Source of the DNA: Bacillota bacterium
GTDB lineage: Bacteria > Bacillota > Bacilli > Alicyclobacillales > Alicyclobacillaceae
Assembly (NCBI GenBank): GCA_027336365.1
Contig: DAHWFY010000002.1
Span: 1 to 51,153 of the forward strand
Length of the DNA: 51,153 nt
Reading direction: 5' to 3'
The translations under genes were made by a program, and so were the position numbers. Below, one piece after another: positions 18,644 to 27,980 of this stretch (positions are counted from its first letter, which is position 1; every line of letters starts with the position of its first letter). The notes under the pieces are model-generated. The model had not been told where the DNA came from and did no database searches. It worked only from the letters and a program-made list of their open reading frames with translations.

Positions 18644-19246
18644 TCATGGTCTTCCCTCGCGCCAGCGCTCAATCAGAAGCGGTTGTAACTGCCATTTCTC
18701 TAATGCAGCCTCACACGTCTCTGGAATCAGCCGCATCAGGGACACTAACGAGTTCATTTTAACATGAGGTGAATCCTGCCCAAACGGCACAAAAAAAATA
18801 TTTTTCGTGTTCATTAACTTAGCAATATTATATAGGCTTAGTCCCAAACCGTCATTGGTCGAGACCGCCAAGACCACCGAGCGGTCATTGCGCAGGGTGG
18901 ACTTTGCCGCCATCAACACCGCCGAGTCTGTTGCCGCATTTGCCAAACGGCTCAGACTGTTGCCAGTGCAAGGGGCAATGACCAGACAATCCAGACGTTT
19001 TGAGGGGCCCAGTGGTTCAGCCTCAGGAATTGTGGTAATGGCCTGATGCCCCGTTGCAGTCTCGATTTTTTTTGCCCACTCACCGGGTTCTCCAAACCGG
19101 GTGGAAACGTCTAACATGGTGCGGGAAAAAATCGGCACCACATCTACTCCCTTTTTAACCAGGTTAACAACTTCAGGGTATACTTCCTCATAGGTGCAAT
19201 GGGAACCGGTGACAGCAAATCCAATCGTCTTCCCTTTTAAATCCAT
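18644..19246 (-). CDS. spoVFB: Dipicolinate synthase subunit B
   Basis: GFAVTGSHCT, AEPLGP, APCTGN, STNDGLG and FVPFGQD motifs. Confidence 0.95.
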   Translation of the reverse strand: MDLKGKTIGFAVTGSHCTYEEVYPEVVNLVKKGVDVVPIFSRTMLDVSTRFGEPGEWAKKIETATGHQAITTIPEAEPLGPSKRLDCLVIAPCTGNSLSRLANAATDSAVLMAAKSTLRNDRSVVLAVSTNDGLGLSLYNIAKLMNTKNIFFVPFGQDSPHVKMNSLVSLMRLIPETCEAALEKWQLQPLLIERWREGRP

Positions 19247-19293
19247 TCAACTCATCTCCCCTCTGAGCTTGGGCGGAATGACCCATCTTTCCA

Positions 19294-19380
19294 TTGAACA
19301 TCGAGACTTCGGTGGGGGAGTCTACCCCCACCGAAGCAGGGTACGGAGTTCCACTCCCACTTGTAGAAATAGGAGTCTCA
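19294..19380. mobile_element. IS200/IS605-derived non-autonomous palindromic element (PATE/MITE-like remnant)
   Basis: Perfect 12-bp stem CTTCGGTGGGGG/CCCCCACCGAAG (19307-19336) followed by a degenerate ACTCCCACTT-GTAG-AAATAGGAGT hairpin; resembles Firmicutes IS200/IS605-type end repeats as recalled. Confidence 0.5.
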
Positions 19381-19397
19381 CATGTGGATCAATGGCC

Positions 19398-19462
19398 AAT
19401 CCAGTAATTACAGTAGATTCACAATCCTTGCTGGTGCCGCAAACAGCGGCATGAGGGTCTAT
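19398..19462 (+). repeat. Degenerate family A copy overlapping the spoVFA stop codon
   Basis: ATCCAGTAATTACAGTAGATTCACAATCCTTGCTGGTGCCGCAAACAGCGGCATGAGGGTCTAT; CTA at 19459-19461 is the TAG stop. Confidence 0.88.
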
Positions 19463-20337
19463 TGTGACTCATTCAACAAACGAATCATCGTGGTAGCAAT
19501 AATCCTACCTGCCGTTTTGGGAGCCACCAGTCCTGGCAAACTCGGTGCTAACACAGCCTTGATACCTCGCCGTTCGGCAAACCGAAAGTCTGTTCCTCCG
19601 GGTTTTGACGCAATGTCGATAATCACACATTCGCGCGATATCCGAGACAAAACGTCCACGGTGAGAATGAGTTGGGGAATCGTGTTAAAAATGATTTCCA
19701 TACTTCCCAGGGAATTTTCTAACTCTTGCATAACAAGAGGTCGCAATCCCATGGCCACAATCCGTGCGATATCCGCTGGCCGTCTGGCGGCAACCGACAC
19801 CTCCGCCCCCATGTGTGCCAACAACCGAGCGAGAGTCATACCAGAACGACCAAATCCCAGCACTGCGGTTTTCGCTCCGTGAATGGTGATATCCGTGTGC
19901 TCCATCGCCATAGCCACCGCCCCTTCGGCGGTAGGAATGGAATTCAGAATAGCTACCTCATCCAAATCCATCAATTTAACCAAATGGAGATTGAACTCGC
20001 TGCACCACTGCTCCAATTGATTGCGTGCAATTCCGCTAAACACATGGGTTCCCGGCCGCAAGGCCGCAAAATGCTCTTTTTGCAACCAGACGTGCTGACC
20101 GCTAAACTTGCAGTCCACCCGACCATCGTCATCCATTCCGGCCACTGGCAAAATCACGGCATCCGCCAGACTCATGACCTCTACGGTGAGAGACACCTGG
20201 CGCGTGTCCGGAAAGTTACCGTAAAACTGGTCAAATCCAATTAAAACCGCGCTGGCATCGGCATCCGTCACCTCCGCAATCACTTCAATTTGCCTAGCGT
20301 CTCCGCCGATAAACACCAGTTTGCGCCCCGTCAGCAT
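19459..20337 (-). CDS. spoVFA: Dipicolinate synthase subunit A
   Basis: IGGDARQIEV, AILNSIPTAEGA, DIASKPGGTDF and PSLPGLVAPKTAG motifs; ATG at 20337. Confidence 0.95.
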   Translation of the reverse strand: MLTGRKLVFIGGDARQIEVIAEVTDADASAVLIGFDQFYGNFPDTRQVSLTVEVMSLADAVILPVAGMDDDGRVDCKFSGQHVWLQKEHFAALRPGTHVFSGIARNQLEQWCSEFNLHLVKLMDLDEVAILNSIPTAEGAVAMAMEHTDITIHGAKTAVLGFGRSGMTLARLLAHMGAEVSVAARRPADIARIVAMGLRPLVMQELENSLGSMEIIFNTIPQLILTVDVLSRISRECVIIDIASKPGGTDFRFAERRGIKAVLAPSLPGLVAPKTAGRIIATTMIRLLNESQ

Positions 20338-20401
20338 CGTATCTGACCCCTTTCCCGTGATATCAGAGGACCCCTGCCAGCGGCTGCGCCTCTCCGTGGT
20401 G

Positions 20402-20431
20402 TACCCTATGCCTCGCCTGGGCAATGCGTGA
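20402..20431 (-). promoter_or_regulatory. Probable SigK promoter of spoVFAB
   Basis: AC-17 nt-CATAGGGTA fits the SigK consensus (AC...CATAnnnTA); spoVF is SigK-dependent in B. subtilis. Confidence 0.5.
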
Positions 20432-20515
20432 TGGCTCCGCAAACAGCCCAAGAAACGCACAAAAAACCCGGATTTCACCGCAATCCGGGTTAAAACGCGA
20501 TATCTTATGGCCTCG

Positions 20516-20974
20516 TCAGCGTCCGGTGGAACCGAACCCACCCTCACCACGTTCTGTCGATGCAAAGTGGCTCACCAGAAGCCAACGAGCCGTGTACACA
20601 GGCATAAACACCATTTGGGCAATTCGGTCCTGGGGATGAATCAGGTAAGCATCATTCGAGAAATTCGTCAGCAAGACCTGAATTTCTCCTGTATAATCCG
20701 AGTCAATCACGCCAACCCCGTTTGGCAACCCGATGCCATGTTTCCAAGCTAGACCACTCCGAGCAAATACCAATCCCACCACCGCAGGAGGCATCTGCAC
20801 CGCAATACCGGTGGGGACGCGTATTCGCTCGCTCTTCTCCAAACGAATGGACTCGTACAAGCAGGCTCGCAGGTCTATCCCCGCGCTGCCCTCAGTGGCA
20901 TACTCTGGAGGATAAGCAGCCTGCTCGCACAATGGCGACAGAGCCATAATTTTTACGTCAATGTACGAATTCAT
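20516..20974 (-). CDS. dut: dUTP diphosphatase
   Basis: AGIDL, ARSGLA, GVIDSDYTGEI, RIAQ and RGEGGFGSTG motifs; ATG at 20974 with GGAGG. Confidence 0.95.
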   Translation of the reverse strand: MNSYIDVKIMALSPLCEQAAYPPEYATEGSAGIDLRACLYESIRLEKSERIRVPTGIAVQMPPAVVGLVFARSGLAWKHGIGLPNGVGVIDSDYTGEIQVLLTNFSNDAYLIHPQDRIAQMVFMPVYTARWLLVSHFASTERGEGGFGSTGR

Positions 20975-20998
20975 CTGCAACCCTCCATCGATTTTCAC

Positions 20999-22243
20999 TT
21001 AGACATCAAGGTTTAGTCCTGCCACTGGGCCCACCGCTGCCAATGACATGGGTCGTTCCAGAATTGCAGCGGCCACCCTCTTGACGTCCTCCACGTTGAC
21101 CTGTTCAATCCCCTGAATACTTTCATCCAACGAAACCTCACGCCCCAGCATCAATTCGTTTTTACCCAAACGACTCATGCGACTGCTGGTACTCTCCAAA
21201 CTGAGCATCATGGAACCCTTGACTTGTTCCTTCCCCTTGCGAATTTCTGCTTCGGTCAATCCGTTGACAGCCACATCCTCACAGATTTTCCGCACCAAAT
21301 CCAGGGTATCCGTGACGTGCTCGGGTGAAGTCGCCGCATACACACCAAACATGCCACAATCCCTGTAAGAGGAATGAAAAGAGAAAACAGAGTACGCCAT
21401 CCCCCGCTCCTCGCGGATTTCTTGAAATAACCTGGAACTGGACGAACTCCCCAAGGCATTATTCAGTAACACCAACGCGTATAACCGACTGTCTCCAGCT
21501 GCCAAACCCGGAGTTGCCAAACACAAGTGAACCTGCTCTGTCTCCTTCACTTTAACACTGGAACCGACAATAAATTGCGGAGCCACCACCTGCGGGTCCG
21601 CCGTTCTAGCAGGAAAAACTCGAGCGCCAAACTGTTCCTCCAACTTCTCCAGAACTTCGGCTACAGGAACATTTCCAGCGATAGAAATCACAACGTTCTG
21701 CGGAACATACCGCTGCTTAACATAGGATCCTAAATCCTGCCGAGAAAAAGACCGTAGATTCTCTTCCAACCCCAAAATGGTGTACCCCAGAGGATGAGAA
21801 CCATAAACTTGAGAAGCCAAAACATCCATCACCAGTTCATCCGGCGTATCCTCGTACATACGAATTTCCTCGATAACCACGTTCTTTTCCTTTTCAATTT
21901 CCTCCGGCGCAAAACTGGACCGCAACAGCATTTCCGCCAAGGTTTCTGCCGCAATGGCAAAATGCTGATCTAAGACCTTGGCATAAAAGCACGTATACTC
22001 CTTGGAGGTAAAGGCGTTCACCTGACCACCAATCCCGTCGAAAACCTCGGCTAACTCACGAGCAGAATAGCGCTGCGTACCCTTAAATAACATATGCTCC
22101 AAAAAATGGCTAATCCCGTTGCTGCGAACTGTTTCATTTCTTGAGCCGGTGTATACCCAAATGCCAAGACTCACCGACCTTACCGCGGATATTTCCTCTC
22201 CTACCACACGCACACCATTGGTCAGTGTCTGCCGATAGCTCAT
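20999..22243 (-). CDS. M16 family zinc peptidase (MlpA/YmxG-like)
   Basis: GISHFLEHMLFKGT (HXXEH) and SSRLFQEIREERGMAYSV; ATG at 22243 with GGGAGG. Confidence 0.93.
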   Translation of the reverse strand: MSYRQTLTNGVRVVGEEISAVRSVSLGIWVYTGSRNETVRSNGISHFLEHMLFKGTQRYSARELAEVFDGIGGQVNAFTSKEYTCFYAKVLDQHFAIAAETLAEMLLRSSFAPEEIEKEKNVVIEEIRMYEDTPDELVMDVLASQVYGSHPLGYTILGLEENLRSFSRQDLGSYVKQRYVPQNVVISIAGNVPVAEVLEKLEEQFGARVFPARTADPQVVAPQFIVGSSVKVKETEQVHLCLATPGLAAGDSRLYALVLLNNALGSSSSSRLFQEIREERGMAYSVFSFHSSYRDCGMFGVYAATSPEHVTDTLDLVRKICEDVAVNGLTEAEIRKGKEQVKGSMMLSLESTSSRMSRLGKNELMLGREVSLDESIQGIEQVNVEDVKRVAAAILERPMSLAAVGPVAGLNLDV

Positions 22244-22340
22244 CGCAACCTCCCAAATCGGGTTCGGATTTGCCCCTGCCGAATGCCCGATTGTTTCCGC
22301 CCCCCAAGGCAAAGTTCCAAGTGTAACTTACTATAACAAA

Positions 22341-23327
22341 TCAGGATAAGGCACTCAAGCGCATGGGTGGCCTTGCGGCTCGCTGTTCTAATACCACCTG
22401 TTCCACTGTTTTCAAATGATAACCCTTGTCTGCTAACTCCCGAATCAACCTAGGCAAAGCCTGAACCGTAGGACCTGTTGGATGCATTAAAATGAGGGCC
22501 CCCGGGTGAACCTGTTTTGTAATGCGCTGCACCACCTGTTCGGCAGGGGGACGACGCCAGTCTATACTGTCCACAGACCACAGAATCGTGTACATCCCTG
22601 CTGCTGCCGCTTGGTGCAAAGTTCTCTCGTCAAAAGACCCGGCAGGAGGAGCCAACAAGATGGGTCTGACACCTATGACATCCCGAATGACCTGGTTTGT
22701 ATCCATCACTTGCTGCCGCAATTGTGTCTCCCGTAATCGCCGGAAGTCTGGGTGTCCACTGCCATGACTGCCAATGGCATGACCCATCTGAGCCATCTCT
22801 CGAGCTAAGTCCGGATGTTTCTCCACCCAGCGGCCATCGACGAAAAAAGTTGCCTTGACTCCGGTTTCACGCAGGATGTGCAAAATTCCCGGGACGTACT
22901 CCTCCCCCCAGGAGACATTAAACATCAGTGCGGCTGACCGTTCTGCCTCCGGGCCGCGATAAATGGGCTCTTTGGGCAGTTGTGACAAGGGGACCGCTGG
23001 CATAACCTTGTTCCAGACCAAATGCAGGTAGCCATCTTGAGCCCGCTGTGTAGCCTGCTGACTTAAGGGGACATTCAGTTGCCAACCGTTGAGTCCGGGG
23101 ATTCCGTGCCACACCCGATCCACTCTGGCATTCACAGCCGGGAGGGCCAAGTCCTTGGCGAGGTGCTCCCATTGAATTTGTGGCTTTGTATCGGCTTGTG
23201 CGCAGACGTTTCCCTCATTTTGTGATGTCAAACCCCATTCGAAATTCATTCCTAGGAAAACCAGTCCTATCGTAACCAAAAATTTCTCCGTTCCAGTCCG
23301 ACACTTTTTCTCCCATATCCATGCCAT
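22341..23327 (-). CDS. ylxY: Polysaccharide deacetylase family sporulation protein (YlxY-like)
   Basis: EPIYRG, FNVSWGEEY, KATFF, IGSHGSGH, WSVDSIDW and LILMHPT motifs; follows pnp. Confidence 0.85.
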   Translation of the reverse strand: MAWIWEKKCRTGTEKFLVTIGLVFLGMNFEWGLTSQNEGNVCAQADTKPQIQWEHLAKDLALPAVNARVDRVWHGIPGLNGWQLNVPLSQQATQRAQDGYLHLVWNKVMPAVPLSQLPKEPIYRGPEAERSAALMFNVSWGEEYVPGILHILRETGVKATFFVDGRWVEKHPDLAREMAQMGHAIGSHGSGHPDFRRLRETQLRQQVMDTNQVIRDVIGVRPILLAPPAGSFDERTLHQAAAAGMYTILWSVDSIDWRRPPAEQVVQRITKQVHPGALILMHPTGPTVQALPRLIRELADKGYHLKTVEQVVLEQRAARPPMRLSALS

Positions 23328-23360
23328 AAAAAATCCCTCCTCATGTCATCAGGAAGGATT
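23328..23360 (-). terminator. pnp terminator overlapping the ylxY ribosome-binding site
   Basis: Minus strand AATCCTTCCT-gatgacatg-AGGAGGGATT-TTTT followed directly by the ylxY ATG. Confidence 0.6.
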
Positions 23361-23412
23361 CCTCGAGCCTGTCATCCCCATACCGTCAAGTCCCCCGAAC
23401 CTGCAGAGAACC

Positions 23413-25521
23413 TTATTCCACTCCACCGGTGCGAACGACGCTCCGCTGAGACTTAAGGACCTCTTTGCGCGATAAATTGATTCGTCCCTGATTGTCAATT
23501 TCAGTGACCTTCACCGAAATTTCATCCCCCACGTGACAGATATCCTCCACCTTATTCACACGACTGATGTCCAGTTGCGAAACGTGAACCAGTCCTTCCT
23601 TTCCGGGCAGGACCTCCACAAAAGCGCCATACTTCTCCACACGGGTAACCTTGCCCACATAAGTCTTCCCCACTTCCACATCCCGTGTGATGTTGAGAAT
23701 TTGTTCCTTGGCACGATAGGCTCCCTGAGCATCTGTTCCGGAAATGAATACTCGTCCGTCCTGTTCAATATCAATTTTGACTCCTGTTTCTTCGATAATT
23801 TTATTAATCACGCGCCCCCCAGGTCCAATAACCTCACGAATTTTGTCCGGAGCAATGGTCAACGCAATCACTCGTGGTGCGTAGTTGGACAACTCTTGCC
23901 TGGGTTGGGCGATAGCCATTGACATTTTGTCCAGAATAAACATTCGCCCATTGTGCGCTTGACGCAAGGCCCGTTCCAGAATCTCGCGGTCAATCCCCGA
24001 GATCTTAATATCCATCTGCAGAGCGGTGACTCCCTTGGCGGTCCCCGCCACTTTGAAATCCATATCCCCCAGATGATCTTCCAGGCCTTGAATATCTGTC
24101 AAAATCGCAACCCTGTCTCCTTCCTTCACCAACCCCATGGCAATCCCGGCCACCGGTGCCTTGATGGGTACACCGGCATCCATCAAAGCCAGGGTACTGC
24201 CACAAATGCTCGCCTGAGAAGAGGAGCCATTGGACTCCAAAACTTCGGAGACCACGCGGATGGCATAAGGGAATTCTGACGGGGACGGAATGACTGGATC
24301 AAGAGCGCGCTCTCCCAACGCGCCGTGGCCAATATCACGACGACTGGGAGCCCGTAAGGCTCGTGCCTCGCCCACACTGAAAGGAGGAAAGTTGTAGTGG
24401 TGCATATATCGATTGGACTCTTCCAGGCCCAGTCCATCGAGGATTTGCTCATCTCCTAAGGCTCCCAAGGTGCAAACCGACAATGCTTGAGTTTGACCGC
24501 GAGTAAACAGCCCAGATCCGTGCGCCCTGGGTAACAGACCGATTTCACAATGAATGGGTCGAATCTCATCCAATTTTCGTCCGTCGGCACGTATGCCATC
24601 TTCCAAGATGGCGCTACGCACTTGCTCTTTCAAAATGGTATGAATCACCTCGCCAATCTCTTGCGAATGCTCGGGAAAGGACTCAGCAAAGTGTGCCTGA
24701 ATTTCCTCTGCCACCGCTCCCATGGCCTCTTCTCTGGCCAACTTGTCGGAGTTTCGCACGGACTTGGCAATCATGTCTGTGCCATAGTCGCGCACCTGTA
24801 AGGCCAAGGCAGGGTCCGGTGCCTTTAACACCACCTCCCGCTTATTCCCACCGACCTTGGCAGAAAATTTTTCAATTTCAGTAATAATTTGGCGAATGGC
24901 CTCGTGACCAAAAAAGATGGCTTCAAGCATCTTTTCTTCCGAAATTTCATTCGCTCCCGCCTCCACCATGACAATGGCGTCCCTCGAACCAGCCACCGTC
25001 AGATGTAATTCACTTTGAGCAATCTGTCCCACCGTGGGATTGATGACCAACTCTCCGTCCACAAGACCCACAATCACTCCGGCAATGGGTCCATTAAAAG
25101 GAACATCCGAGATGGTCAGAGCCGCCGAGGTTCAAATCATAGCGGCCATTTCCGGCGCACAGTCTTGGTCTACCGACATGACAATATCCACTACCTGAAC
25201 ATCATTGCGGAAGCCCTCAGGAAACAAGGGACGAATGGGCCGATCAATGAGGCGCGACGCCAAAATGGCTTTTTCACTCGGCCTGCCCTCGCGTTTAATA
25301 AAACCTCCTGGAATTTTTCCCACCGCGTAAAACCGTTCCTCGTAATTGACCGTTAAAGGAAAAAAATCCAAGTCCTTGGGGTCCTTGGATGCGGTCACTG
25401 TAGCCAAAACCACCGTGTCTCCGTAGCGGACGTTCACCGCTGCAGTAGCCTGTTTGGCCAACTTTCCTGTTTCTAGAACCATTCGCCTGCCCGCCACAGT
25501 AAATTCATGGGACACTTCCAT
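23413..25521 (-). pseudogene. pnp: Polynucleotide phosphorylase with an in-frame TGA at codon 130 (nonsense lesion, readthrough or sequencing error)
   Basis: ORFs 25132-25521 and 23413-25077 share a frame; the junction reads [27 protein letters not shown]. Two RNase PH domains, KH and S1 are otherwise intact (702 codons plus stop). Confidence 0.9.
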
Positions 25522-25575
25522 ATTTGAACGTCAACCTCCCTGACAAGCGCTCTGAGCCTGTCCCCTGTATTCATG

Positions 25576-25601
25576 TAAAGAAAGCGGGCCCATGGCCCGC
25601 T
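25576..25601 (-). terminator. Terminator or attenuator between rpsO and pnp
   Basis: AGCGGGCC-atg-GGCCCGCT stem followed by TTCTTT on the minus strand. Confidence 0.7.
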
Positions 25602-25613
25602 CACTACACCACG

Positions 25614-25880
25614 CTACCTGCGTAACCCCAACGACTGAATCAGCTCACGGTAGCGATTCACGTCTCTTTTTCGAATATAGTTGAGCAAGTTTCGGCGATG
25701 ACCAATCATCTTGTAGAGCCCGCGACGAGAATGGTGATCCTTCTTGTGGACCTTAAAATGCTCGGTCAGTTGAGTAATCCGTTCGGTTAGAATCGCAACC
25801 TGCACCTCTGGAGAGCCAGTATCCGTCTCGTGCAGACGGTACTTTTCTACAATCTCCCGTTTCGCTTCTTGTGTTAACAA
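25614..25880 (-). CDS. rpsO: 30S ribosomal protein S15
   Basis: [13 protein letters not shown]...[11 protein letters not shown]; TTG start at 25880 with GGAGG. Confidence 0.97.
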   Translation of the reverse strand: MLTQEAKREIVEKYRLHETDTGSPEVQVAILTERITQLTEHFKVHKKDHHSRRGLYKMIGHRRNLLNYIRKRDVNRYRELIQSLGLRR

Positions 25881-26069
25881 AAGAAATCCTCCCTCAATAT
25901 CATTTTGGCCCAATGGAATCCGATTCAATCTCTCCGGACCCCTTGCTGCCGGAAGCTTAATCCCTGAAACGGAGACTGCGTTGGAGGAAACGTCCGTCCA
26001 CGAATCAGTTCTATCTCTGGTCTGCCCAGGACAACCTTTCCTGCGAGCTTCCATTACCAGGACTATATT

Positions 26070-26098
26070 ATTATATCGGTGAGCCAGACAACAATCAA
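26070..26098 (-). promoter_or_regulatory. SigA-type promoter for rpsO, giving a ~180-nt leader (possible S15 autoregulatory RNA)
   Basis: TTGATT-17 nt-TATAAT on the minus strand. Confidence 0.6.
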
Positions 26099-26108
26099 TG
26101 AATGCCCG

Positions 26109-27074
26109 TTATCCGTTCTTTGACCGGTCCAACCGACGCACTTCCTCAACATCTCGTTCTATTTGCCGCTTCAACTCGACAACCCCGGAAAACTTCTGTT
26201 CATCTCGGATGCGAGTCAGAAAAGAGACTCTCAGGTCATGTCCATACAAGTCCCCCGCAAAGTTCAATAAGTGCACCTCCGCCTGCAGCCCGTGGCCATG
26301 CACCGTGGGCCGACTACCCAGGTTAAACGCTCCCAACCAGCGTTCCTTACCACCGTCCACTTGTACCTCAACTCCATAAACACCCGCAACCGGCAACACA
26401 TAAGACCCGCTGTCCGCCAGATTCGCTGTGGGAAAACCCATCTGTCTACCCAAAGAACGGCCGGAAATAACCTGTCCCACAATCGTATAGGGTCGGCCTA
26501 AGAGTACAGCTGCCTCTTTCACCTGACCCTCCGCTAATAAATTGCGGATATGAGAACTGCTTACCTTCTCCCCGGCCATGGCAACAGGGGGTACAATCTG
26601 CACAGGAATACCAATTTTTTCGCACAATCCACGCAGGTCCTCGGGTCCAGCCTTACCCCCCCGTCCGAAACTGAAGTCCACCCCAACCACCACCTGCATC
26701 ACGCCCATACGCGGTAGGTGTGTAAAAACAAAGTCCTCCGCAGTGATGTTGGCATATTCCGGTGTGAAATGAACACGAAACAGGCGCTGAACTCCCATTT
26801 CATGCAAAACCCTGGTTTGTTCCAACGGAGGGGTAAGCATGCGCTCATACCCGGGTTTATGGAGCAAAGCCCACAAGGGATGAGGCCAAAAAGTCATCAC
26901 GGACAACTGCACAGATTCTCCCGATGAATTTTTAACCTCGCTCTGTCGTACCCCCCCTAAAGCGGCTCGCAATATCGCCTGATGCCCCAGGTGGAGTCCA
27001 TCAAACTTACCAATCGCCAATACCACCGGTTGCCGACTGGCGAGGGGAATTCCCTTGATTTCGATAACCTCCAA
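26109..27074 (-). CDS. ribF: Bifunctional riboflavin kinase/FAD synthetase
   Basis: GKFDGLHLGH, VSSSHIR, GRQMGFPTAN, EVHL and RIRDEQKF motifs. Confidence 0.96.
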   Translation of the reverse strand: MEVIEIKGIPLASRQPVVLAIGKFDGLHLGHQAILRAALGGVRQSEVKNSSGESVQLSVMTFWPHPLWALLHKPGYERMLTPPLEQTRVLHEMGVQRLFRVHFTPEYANITAEDFVFTHLPRMGVMQVVVGVDFSFGRGGKAGPEDLRGLCEKIGIPVQIVPPVAMAGEKVSSSHIRNLLAEGQVKEAAVLLGRPYTIVGQVISGRSLGRQMGFPTANLADSGSYVLPVAGVYGVEVQVDGGKERWLGAFNLGSRPTVHGHGLQAEVHLLNFAGDLYGHDLRVSFLTRIRDEQKFSGVVELKRQIERDVEEVRRLDRSKNG

Positions 27075-27077
27075 TGG

Positions 27078-27977
27078 TCATGGCTCCCCTTTCGAGAAAA
27101 CCTTCTGAGGCTGCAACCACCCATCACTCTCCTCGTCGGACAGAGGCAACACAATGGCCACCAACTCGCCATCGCACACCGCAGCCACGGGACCCTTAGA
27201 CGGTCCCGAAAAGCTCCGCACCCGTTGCCCCAATCGCAAGCAAGCAGCAGTGGTAGAAGAAACCTCCAACCAAGTCAAATCGCGCACCCCTTCCAGGGTG
27301 GAAAGTAAAAAACGCTCCGGTTGCAGATCTGTCAAAAATCTATCCAAAGTTACGGATTCGTCAATAGAAAAGCTGCCCGATTGCAACCGTCGCAATGATT
27401 TTAAGTGAGCGGGTAGGCTTAAAGCAGCGCCCCAATCCCGACATAGAGACCGAATGTATGTACCCTTAGAGCAAGTCACAGAAAACGTCGCCGTTGCCAA
27501 AGAACCGGGTTGAAATGCAGATACATTTAATTCCTCAATTTTAATCTTTTTACTTGGTAAATCCACCTCGGTTCCGGTACGAGCCCACTCGTACGCCCGT
27601 CGTCCCTCAATATGCACGGCGGAGTATGCAGGAACCTTTTGCCACTGCACGCCAATAAACGGGCGGGCTGCGGCAACAACCTGGTCCATGGTCAGAAATG
27701 TCGCATCGCCGACAGCCGTAACGTGGCCCATCGCATCGTCGGTGTCTGTGGCCTCACCAAAACAAACTTCCCCTACATACGCCTTATTGACTGCCGTCAT
27801 GTACTCCAGCAATCGGGTTGCCATCCCTACTCCCAGCACCAAGACGCCCGTCGCAGCCGGATCCAGCGTACCTGCATGGCCAATTTTCTTGATGCCCAGC
27901 CTCTTTCTGACTCTCATCACCACATCGTGGGATGTTAAGCCAGGAGGCTTGTCTATCACTAGGATTCCTGACGTCAA
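27078..27977 (-). CDS. truB: tRNA pseudouridine(55) synthase
   Basis: DKPPGLTSHDVV, GHAGTLDP and CSKGTYIRSL motifs. Confidence 0.97.
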   Translation of the reverse strand: MTSGILVIDKPPGLTSHDVVMRVRKRLGIKKIGHAGTLDPAATGVLVLGVGMATRLLEYMTAVNKAYVGEVCFGEATDTDDAMGHVTAVGDATFLTMDQVVAAARPFIGVQWQKVPAYSAVHIEGRRAYEWARTGTEVDLPSKKIKIEELNVSAFQPGSLATATFSVTCSKGTYIRSLCRDWGAALSLPAHLKSLRRLQSGSFSIDESVTLDRFLTDLQPERFLLSTLEGVRDLTWLEVSSTTAACLRLGQRVRSFSGPSKGPVAAVCDGELVAIVLPLSDEESDGWLQPQKVFSKGEP

Positions 27978-27980
27978 GCT

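Noticed and set aside
25132-25134. Selenocysteine or genetic code 25/4 explanation for the pnp TGA
   Set aside because: The position aligns to Gly, not Cys, no SECIS-like hairpin is evident, and TGA serves as the normal stop in many genes here (for example 326-328 and 46226-46228).
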